DNA of 32,000 nt from positions 1,800,001 through 1,832,000 of the forward strand of contig CP104013.1 of NCBI GenBank assembly GCA_025839675.1. The letters are read 5' to 3'. A model generated the notes under the pieces. It saw only the letters and a list, made by a program, of their open reading frames with translations, did no database searches and was not told the origin of the DNA. The translations under genes and the position numbers were made by a program. The stretch comes from Candidatus Lokiarchaeum ossiferum. Lineage in GTDB: Archaea; Asgardarchaeota; Lokiarchaeia; Sigyniarchaeales; Promethearchaeaceae. Below, in pieces: positions 25,748-32,000 of this stretch. Position 1 is the stretch's first letter; every line of letters starts with the position of its first letter.

Positions 25748-27457
25748 ATGTTTCAAATTAGTGATGATGAACGCAAGATTGCATATTTTTCTATGGAAAT
25801 TGCAATGGAAAGTGATATACCCACATACAGTGGAGGATTAGGCGTACTTGCGGGAGATACGCTTCGATCAGCAGCAGATCTTGAAATACCACTAGTAGCA
25901 ATAACGTTATGTTATGATTCGGGATATTTCTTTCAGGAAGTTGTCCAAGGGCGACAAATAGAAAGAGAAGTACAATGGGAATTCAGTTCAGAGTTTGAAA
26001 GATTACCCAATATCATTGAACTCGACATCCAAGATAAAAAATTTAAAGTAGGAGGATGGTTGTATAAAATGCAAGGAGAAACAGGATTTGAAATTCCCAT
26101 TATCCTCCTTGATTCAAATATTGAAGGCAATGAACACTGGCAGAAGAAATTTACCCATATTCTCTACGATGCAACACCATTTCAAAGAGTTGTTCAGGAA
26201 ATGATTTTAGGAATGGGTGGAGTGAAGATGTTACAATCTTTGGGATTGCATAATATTCAAACCCACCATATGAATGAAGGCCACGCTGCATTTGGAATTT
26301 TTGAACTTTTAAAAAAGTATAAAAATGACTTAGAAGAAGTAAAGAAGCGATGTATTTTTACTACACATACACCCGTTCCAGCAGGACATGATCACTTTAA
26401 TCATGACTTAATCCGAGATGTTTTCCGAGATAGATTACCTGAGAATTATAAAGAACTAGGAGGAGAATATGATTTGAATATGTCACTTTTAGCGCTAAAT
26501 GGTAGTCGATATTGTAATGGAGTTGCACAAAAACACGCAGTTGTTTCCAGAAAAATGTTTCCCGGTTATGAAATAGACGGAATTACTAATGGAATTCATA
26601 ATCGATTCTGGGTCAACCCATATTTACAACATGTATTAGACGACCGTATACCTGGATGGACTATGAATTATCAGTTACTTCAAAATGTTTGGGATATCGG
26701 AAATTATGAGTTATGGCAAACTCACCAAAGAGCGAAGAAGAAATTAATGGATTATGAAAAATCGCATTCTTGGGTATTATTAGATGAAAATAAATTGACA
26801 ATTGGCTTCGCTCGAAGAATAACCGAATATAAACGGCCGACTCTTATTTTTGATCAAGTAGAACGTTTAGGAAAAATTTGTAAAAAACGAGTTCAATTTA
26901 TTTTTGCTGGGAAATCTCATCCTCGAGATGAACAAGGAAAAGGCTACATTAAACAAATTAGCGATATGTCGGATTATTTGTATGATTCATATGATATTGG
27001 AGTAGTATTTTTAGGAGCGTATGATATGGATCTTGCAAAATTATTGGTTAGTGGTGTGGATGTTTGGCTCAATAATCCCCGAAGATATATGGAAGCTTCT
27101 GGTACCAGCGGTATGAAAGCAACATTAAACGGAGTATTAAATTTTAGTGTGTTAGATGGATGGTGGATTGAAGGATATCAAAAAGATCCCATGGCAGGTT
27201 GGGCAATTGGATGCGGTCCCGAAGATCCGAAAGCCACTCAACATCCAGATTCATGGGATGCTTCAGATCTTTATACAAAACTTGAACGAGAAATTATTCC
27301 ATTATATTATAATAATCGCGATGGTTGGTCAGAAAGGATGAAACATGCTATTAGATTATCATCATATTTCAATACTCATAGAATGGTTGAAGAATATGCA
27401 CTACGAGGATGGCAATTGACACCTCAAACAAGATGGAAAACGAATCTAGATTATTAA
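25748..27457 (+). CDS. glgP: Alpha-glucan (glycogen/maltodextrin) phosphorylase, GT35, short archaeal type
   Basis: 569 aa. YFSMEIAMESDIPTYSGGLGVLAGDTLRSAAD, NEGHAAF, and the PLP-lysine block EASGTSGMKATLNGVLNFSVLDGWW. Confidence 0.85.
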   Translation: MFQISDDERKIAYFSMEIAMESDIPTYSGGLGVLAGDTLRSAADLEIPLVAITLCYDSGYFFQEVVQGRQIEREVQWEFSSEFERLPNIIELDIQDKKFKVGGWLYKMQGETGFEIPIILLDSNIEGNEHWQKKFTHILYDATPFQRVVQEMILGMGGVKMLQSLGLHNIQTHHMNEGHAAFGIFELLKKYKNDLEEVKKRCIFTTHTPVPAGHDHFNHDLIRDVFRDRLPENYKELGGEYDLNMSLLALNGSRYCNGVAQKHAVVSRKMFPGYEIDGITNGIHNRFWVNPYLQHVLDDRIPGWTMNYQLLQNVWDIGNYELWQTHQRAKKKLMDYEKSHSWVLLDENKLTIGFARRITEYKRPTLIFDQVERLGKICKKRVQFIFAGKSHPRDEQGKGYIKQISDMSDYLYDSYDIGVVFLGAYDMDLAKLLVSGVDVWLNNPRRYMEASGTSGMKATLNGVLNFSVLDGWWIEGYQKDPMAGWAIGCGPEDPKATQHPDSWDASDLYTKLEREIIPLYYNNRDGWSERMKHAIRLSSYFNTHRMVEEYALRGWQLTPQTRWKTNLDY

Positions 27458-27462
27458 AAGTC

Positions 27463-27493
27463 TTTTTTTTTCATAAAAATTCACTTTTTTTTT
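27463..27493 (+). terminator. Oligo-T terminator candidates downstream of glgP
   Basis: T9 run at 27463-27471 and T9 run at 27485-27493, immediately after the stop at 27455-27457. Archaeal termination typically uses oligo-T tracts. Confidence 0.4.
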
Positions 27494-27708
27494 GCTCACT
27501 TGTGAATCAGTGTGAAATTCTACAACTTTTCAACCTATAAGGACCACACTCCAAAGGATTGACATAATAACCCATAGTCTTGTTTCGCAAGCGAAACATA
27601 ACTTAGGATAATCAACTCAATAAACTTTCAGTTAGAAAAAGTTTAGTCAAAAAGGAGTAAAAAATACGCCCAATTTTACTGCTTTGAGCAGTAGCAGTTA
27701 GGAGGATT

Positions 27709-27722
27709 AAAAAAACAAAAAA
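27709..27722 (-). terminator. Oligo-T terminator candidate downstream of radA
   Basis: On the minus strand, T6-G-T7 within 20 nt after the radA stop (27728-27730). Confidence 0.4.
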
Positions 27723-27727
27723 TTTTT

Positions 27728-28918
27728 CTAATCTACGTCGGCGATTCCGCCTTCTGTAAGTGTAAATATTGCTTCTCCTTCTGGTAAATTAGGAGCATCG
27801 ATCATTTTTGCAACTCTCTGTTCACCTTTCCCTTTTCGTAGATAAATTCTAACTGTTGCTCCATGCGCAATTACATTTCCTCCTGCAGCACGAGTTGGAT
27901 CTCCAAAAAATGTATCGGGTTTACTTTGGACTTGGTTTGTCACTACTACTGCCAATTCAGGATACATTTCAGACAATCGTAATAAATCATGAATATGTAG
28001 GTTCAATAATTGTTGTCGATTTGCCAATGTACCCCGTCCGATAAATTCCGCCCTAAAATGTGAAATAAGAGAATCAACAATAATTAATTTAATATTTTTT
28101 TCACCGATAATTTTCATGCAGTCTTTAACTAGCATGATTTGATGGTCACTTGAATAGGCTCGAGCATAAACGATATTTTTTAATACTTCCCGATAATCCA
28201 ATCCTTTTGCCTCAGACATTTGAATGATTCGCTCAGGTCGAAAAGTACCTTCTGAATCAATATAGAGTGCTTTACCTTCAATACCACCTTGATTTCTTGG
28301 AAGTTGAACATTTACACATAATTGATGCATAATTTGTGTCTTTCCGGTGCGATATTCTCCAAAAAACTCTGTTAATCCACCAGTCTCAATTCCTTCCCCT
28401 CCCAATAAATCGTCGATCGATTTACTATTAGAACTAATGCGAGCAAGATTTTTTCGTCGTTCCCACACAGAATCAGCAGTTTTAAAACCAATGTTGAGCG
28501 ATTCGCGTGCCGCAGCAATTATTTTTAGGGCAGTTTTATCCCCTAATCCCGCTTGTTCCATAATTACACTCTTGGGGGTAATCGCGATGCTGTTTACAGT
28601 TCCAAAACCCGAATCTTTCAATTTTTTTGCAATAGTCGCACCCACACCAGGTAAATCTTTGATATCATAATGAATAGCTGATAATCCGTGGTAAGTTTCA
28701 AGATCTCTAATTTCTTGATCAGGAGATAATTCTTCATCTGAAGATAGTTCTTCATTAATATCAGAATCATCCTCCATGAGATCATTCAATAATTCATCGA
28801 CGTTATCTTCTTCTACAGCAATTTTTGGTGAAGATTTTGTAGTTTTTTTTGAAGTAGTTTTCTTTTTACTCGCTGTAGCTTTTGCTTTAGAAGTTGTTTT
28901 TTTTTTTTTTGCGGCCAT
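27728..28918 (-). CDS. radA: RadA recombinase with a roughly 75-80-aa low-complexity N-terminal extension
   Basis: 396 aa. HhH region DLPGVGATIAKKLKDSGF, Walker A GEYRTGKTQ, Walker B LIIVDS, and other conserved RadA/Rad51 blocks. The N-terminus has a K/S/T-rich stretch followed by a D/E-rich stretch. Confidence 0.92.
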   Translation of the reverse strand: MAAKKKKTTSKAKATASKKKTTSKKTTKSSPKIAVEEDNVDELLNDLMEDDSDINEELSSDEELSPDQEIRDLETYHGLSAIHYDIKDLPGVGATIAKKLKDSGFGTVNSIAITPKSVIMEQAGLGDKTALKIIAAARESLNIGFKTADSVWERRKNLARISSNSKSIDDLLGGEGIETGGLTEFFGEYRTGKTQIMHQLCVNVQLPRNQGGIEGKALYIDSEGTFRPERIIQMSEAKGLDYREVLKNIVYARAYSSDHQIMLVKDCMKIIGEKNIKLIIVDSLISHFRAEFIGRGTLANRQQLLNLHIHDLLRLSEMYPELAVVVTNQVQSKPDTFFGDPTRAAGGNVIAHGATVRIYLRKGKGEQRVAKMIDAPNLPEGEAIFTLTEGGIADVD

Positions 28919-28950
28919 GTTTTTTCCCTTTTTGATCTCTTCGATTAATT

Positions 28951-28970
28951 GAATGGAAAGCTGTCCATTC
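28951..28970. promoter_or_regulatory. Perfect 7-bp inverted repeat GAATGGA-N6-TCCATTC in the radA upstream/leader region
   Basis: Read directly. Lies 33-52 nt upstream of the radA ATG (28918) and downstream of a minus-strand TTTATATA element at 29022-29029. Confidence 0.35.
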
Positions 28971-29162
28971 CAAAAAGAAGAGTGAATAGAAATTATACTT
29001 ACTTAACTACTATTATTGTGTTATATAAAAGGAAGCCTATTGAAGAATTATTAAAATATTCTCCAATTATATTTTGTATAATTTTAAGAATTTAAAGACC
29101 TTTTTTTTTGTTAAAATAAGGGTCAATTTTAAAAAATAGGGATAAAATTTTGAAAAAAAGAC

Positions 29163-29555
29163 TTAATCTTCAAGAATATCCATAATACGGTTCGTTGTAC
29201 TACGCATATTAACAAATGCTAAATCCATACGGGCGTCTTCATCTAAAACACCAACGATGATGTAATCTGCACCGCACTGCATTACGAGAAATTTACCTTC
29301 AGATCCTTGAATAATGCAAATATCCAATTCACCCTTTCTTAACTCCATAAGAACACGTTCACAAGTACTTAAAATAATTGCACTCATTGCAGCAATATGC
29401 ATATCAGAGATACCTTCTTCTAAAACAGCAGAAACAATTAAGCCTTCTCTTGATACTAAGGCAGTACTCTCCAATCCTTCAATCTTTTGCATCAATTCAC
29501 GTAATAAATAGTTTAACTGGGCTTCTTCTTCCAAATTTTTGCACCAACATATCAA
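29163..29555 (-). CDS. Roadblock/LC7 (MglB-like) domain protein
   Basis: About 120-130 aa. ALVSREGLIVSAVLEEG...HIAAMSAIILSTCERVLMELRKGELDICIIQGSEGKFLVMQCGADYIIVGVLDEDARMDLAFVNM fits the Robl/LC7 pattern. The track start is TTG; the first ATG (29492) would delete helix 1, so a TTG start is likely. Confidence 0.75.
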   Translation of the reverse strand: MICWCKNLEEEAQLNYLLRELMQKIEGLESTALVSREGLIVSAVLEEGISDMHIAAMSAIILSTCERVLMELRKGELDICIIQGSEGKFLVMQCGADYIIVGVLDEDARMDLAFVNMRSTTNRIMDILED

Positions 29556-30090
29556 AGGTCTAATCGTATCTAATAATAATTAGAGATAAATAACTTGAAC
29601 TTTTATAACTCTACAATTATATTTTACCAAAATTCCTTAAAAATTTGGTGTATAGTTCTTGTAGAAAAAAAAAAGAATATACCAAAACATCAGTTTTGTA
29701 ATCTCATATCCAACAAACAATTTCAAATTTTTTAATACTAAGAAAAAAAATAATCGAAATTGAGTGAATCGTACTTTTTGTAATTTTCACTTTTTTTAGT
29801 AATTTATCACCCATTGGCTTTGAATCCCCCATTTTATACCACATTTAATTTTGTCGAGCAAAAGTGGACACGTTTTTTAGCATTCACAAAATTTCCCGTT
29901 TGCTAGGCCAAATTAGTGGATCTTAAATGATCTGATGATGAGCATAAAATCATGCCCAATTTCAAGATTTTAGATAATATAAAAACCAAAACAATTTTAT
30001 TCTTGTTTTCCTTACACTAATATATTCAATATCTGGGGTGCATCAGCTATTCTAATATTCAAATATCGACGACGGCCTTCAATATATCAA

Positions 30091-30573
30091 ATGCAGTTAC
30101 ATGATTATATCGGTCTGAAATCAACTCAAATACTTGAAATGTGGATTCCAAAGACATATCGCTATGTATATAAAAAATTTAAATGGTTTCCATTCAAGCG
30201 TCACGCCCGGAAAGCCCCTTCATTGATAGTTTCTAAATCCCAAACACGATTAGAGCATTATATATACGGAAATATTGCACATATTCTTCCCAAACGGAAG
30301 TACTTCATGCGATTTCGCAATCTTGGGCAAACAACTTATGATGATTATGCAAAAGGCATACTTCCGCAGTCAGAGTGGGATATGCTCCACACGCTACCAA
30401 AATTTTCAGGATATTTCAATCATATCTTTGAAATGAATGATCTTAGTTACTTTGATAAAATTCAAGATGAATTGGAGATACAGGGAGTTCATTTCAAAGG
30501 AATGTTCCTTCATGATATTATCGCATTTGAACTACTTCGTCGCCGCTTGGATTCAAAGATTATTCAGGTTTAG
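30091..30573 (+). CDS. IS-associated ORF A (function unknown; possible N-terminal/DNA-binding part of the transposase)
   Basis: 160-aa basic ORF ending 5 nt before the transposase ATG, in a different frame. No motif recognised. Confidence 0.45.
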   Translation: MQLHDYIGLKSTQILEMWIPKTYRYVYKKFKWFPFKRHARKAPSLIVSKSQTRLEHYIYGNIAHILPKRKYFMRFRNLGQTTYDDYAKGILPQSEWDMLHTLPKFSGYFNHIFEMNDLSYFDKIQDELEIQGVHFKGMFLHDIIAFELLRRRLDSKIIQV

Positions 30574-30578
30574 AAAAA

Positions 30579-31580
30579 ATGTCATATTTTATTGGTGATA
30601 ATCCTTTGAAGGGGATTTTACATGATTCTTACTACTTTCCCTCCGCGGATGATATCAGTTATATTATGAATCGTATCCCTCTTTCCCGAGTCATGGATTA
30701 TTTTCATAACTTAGTTCGTGAAGCTATTGATCTTAGGATAATCATTCCTAGAATCATGATTTTTGATGGTCAATTTGTCAGAACGAACTGTAACAACAAT
30801 AAAAATTCAAAAACAACAAAGTATAATGATAGTGATGCTGGATATTATCGTCATTCAGGGAAGAAGCTTGGTGTTGGATTTGTTCATTGGACACTTTATG
30901 CGTATTGTGGGAGCTGGAAACGGGCACTTCCAATACATTTTGAGACTTTTCCAGGCAATATGAACGATAAACCAGCATCCCGCAAAACCTTTACCGCTTT
31001 TAATAATCTTAAAATTGGAGAGTGGAAGATGGTGATGGGTGATACAGGTACGTATTGTAAGAAAAGTCTGGAATTTTATCAAGATCGGGGCATTTTTCCT
31101 TTGCTTCGTGCACCAAAACACCTTAAAACTCATCCAACTCGGGAATTAAAAAAAGGATTTTGGTTTAATTCCGATTATTTTCCACCTGGATGGACAGAGC
31201 AAGACATATTATTAATGTATGCTCAACGACCTTTAGTTGAAGCAGGTCAATCTGCAAACCCTACATTTTATAATCAAAAACGATTAAATACTCGTGGATT
31301 GAATATGGCCCACCTTCATCGTACCTTAACATATATACTGGATTTAATGCGAGCAATTACAGCATATAAATTAGGTAGAACTGACTTATTGACGAAATTA
31401 AGTGCATTTTCAACTGGAAGGGAGTTTAAAACAAACTCTATGTGGATTAAACTAGCACGAGATTCAGGTTTTTGTCAACTTCAAGAGATTGCTTTAAATC
31501 CACGACAAAAAGCATTTTGGGATAAACGTCGGAAGTGGGAAGCAGAATTAAGAAAAAAACGAAAAAACGGTAAATTTTAA
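30579..31580 (+). CDS. DDE transposase, IS4/IS5 superfamily (DDE_Tnp_1-like)
   Basis: 333 aa. D1 MIFDGQFV. DSDAGYYRHSGKKLGVGFVHW resembles D-x-D-A-x-W-G-x-K...FGYK-x-H. D2 MGDTGTYCKKSLEFYQDRGIFPLL. E in YAQRPLVEAGQSA. Confidence 0.7.
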   Translation: MSYFIGDNPLKGILHDSYYFPSADDISYIMNRIPLSRVMDYFHNLVREAIDLRIIIPRIMIFDGQFVRTNCNNNKNSKTTKYNDSDAGYYRHSGKKLGVGFVHWTLYAYCGSWKRALPIHFETFPGNMNDKPASRKTFTAFNNLKIGEWKMVMGDTGTYCKKSLEFYQDRGIFPLLRAPKHLKTHPTRELKKGFWFNSDYFPPGWTEQDILLMYAQRPLVEAGQSANPTFYNQKRLNTRGLNMAHLHRTLTYILDLMRAITAYKLGRTDLLTKLSAFSTGREFKTNSMWIKLARDSGFCQLQEIALNPRQKAFWDKRRKWEAELRKKRKNGKF

Positions 31581-31604
31581 GTTTTTAAAATTCACTCAAT
31601 TAAA

Positions 31605-32000
31605 CTATTTTTTTTGAGATTTATTCCTCTGTGCTTGTTTTTTCATCTCTTTTTTGACAAACTGCATCAACTCATTTGCATACGAATTTTCTTCGAAGTG
31701 CGTACGAACTGGTTTTATGAGTTTCTCTAAATGTTCTATTACTGCCAATTTTAAATCCACAGGAGATAATTTTTCTTGGCTATAAGCATCTTCTAAAGCC
31801 GAGTAAGACTCAAAGATAATATTTCCCCCATATTTTTCAGGTCTTTTTATCTCAAAATCATCGAAACGTTCAAATATTATAAAATTACAATATTCCAAAA
31901 TTGGATTATCCTTAATCTCTCCAGGAGGACACCATGCTTTGTTAATTTTCCGCTTAATATCAGCATAAGTATCATCCATGAAAATTGCGGAATCAGGATT
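31605..32000 (-). CDS. tyrS: Tyrosyl-tRNA synthetase, archaeal/eukaryotic type, C-terminal part (gene continues beyond the window)
   Basis: The reading frame is open to nt 32000 (..NPDSAIFMDDTYADIKRKINKAWCPPGEIKDNPILEY..). DD-x-x-x-I-x-x-KI-x-KA-x-CP...NP is characteristic of archaeal TyrRS downstream of KMSKS. The ATG at 31979 is internal. Confidence 0.85.
   Translation of the reverse strand, partial: NPDSAIFMDDTYADIKRKINKAWCPPGEIKDNPILEYCNFIIFERFDDFEIKRPEKYGGNIIFESYSALEDAYSQEKLSPVDLKLAVIEHLEKLIKPVRTHFEENSYANELMQFVKKEMKKQAQRNKSQKK

Larger units (their letters stand above)
29758..31601 (+). mobile_element. Putative IS element (IS4/IS5-superfamily DDE transposase, two ORFs) bounded by 12-bp perfect inverted repeats
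   Basis: AATTGAGTGAAT at 29758-29769 and its exact reverse complement ATTCACTCAATT at 31590-31601 enclose both ORFs. No target-site duplication was recognised. Confidence 0.5.

Noticed and set aside
29935-29941. ATGATGA C-box-like word, as a possible C/D-box sRNA
   Set aside because: No CTGA D box lies within the next roughly 100 nt on that strand, and there is no terminal stem. It lies in the leader of the putative IS element.
30571-30581. Programmed -1 ribosomal frameshift joining IS ORF A and the transposase via the A6 run
   Set aside because: The A6 run (30574-30579) lies after the ORF A stop codon (30571-30573), not before it, so a classical slippery-site fusion is not possible as written. 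Separate initiation, or a decayed or mis-sequenced gene, is more likely.
29743-31615. Extended roughly 27-nt imperfect IS terminal repeats including an A8/T8 run (29743-29757 and 31602-31615), which would put the tyrS stop codon inside the IS
   Set aside because: Beyond the 12-bp perfect core, the similarity is mostly a homopolymer run plus scattered matches needing a gap. That is easily coincidental in AT-rich DNA. The Lys-rich TyrRS tail also looks native.
1-32000. CRISPR arrays, rRNA or tRNA genes, or large tandem repeats
   Set aside because: Reading both strands, I saw no regularly spaced direct repeats, no rRNA-like conserved blocks and no cloverleaf candidates in the spacers. Absence is by eye only and should be confirmed with tRNAscan-SE, Infernal and a CRISPR finder.

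Overview
AT-rich, gene-dense archaeal chromosomal segment with about 30 protein genes on both strands and short spacers. By eye I found no rRNA, tRNA or CRISPR array. Housekeeping genes recognised from sequence motifs: ABCE1/RLI, glutamine synthetase, RadA recombinase, the 3' part of an archaeal/eukaryotic-type tyrosyl-tRNA synthetase (runs off the right edge), M42 aminopeptidase, RidA, a PfkB kinase, an alpha-glucan phosphorylase and a Dus-like flavoenzyme. Between them sit proteins of the eukaryotic-signature kind: a Rag/Gtr-like GTPase with a non-GTPase C-terminal half, a Ras/Rab-like small GTPase, a stand-alone Roadblock/LC7 protein and a JAMM/MPN+ metalloprotease. Together with the low GC content, this suggests (inference only) an Asgard, Loki-type archaeon. 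Accessory content: two tandem patatin-like phospholipase paralogs, one IS element with a DDE transposase abutting tyrS, two signal-peptide plus C-terminal-anchor surface proteins, and a 1099-aa FtsX-like double permease with no partner ATPase nearby. The best candidates for something undescribed are: (1) the JAMM protease overlapping an uncharacterised helical/winged-helix-like protein, convergent with the small GTPase; (2) the Rag-like GTPase; (3) the patatin-patatin-RidA block bracketed by an exact 12-nt repeat; (4) a small basic-protein plus wHTH-regulator operon whose TATA box is bracketed by three 15-bp palindromes. None is proven. All functional calls rest on motif recognition by eye, without database searches. 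The ORF track uses the longest ORF including TTG/GTG starts, and I corrected starts where an ATG is clearly preferable.
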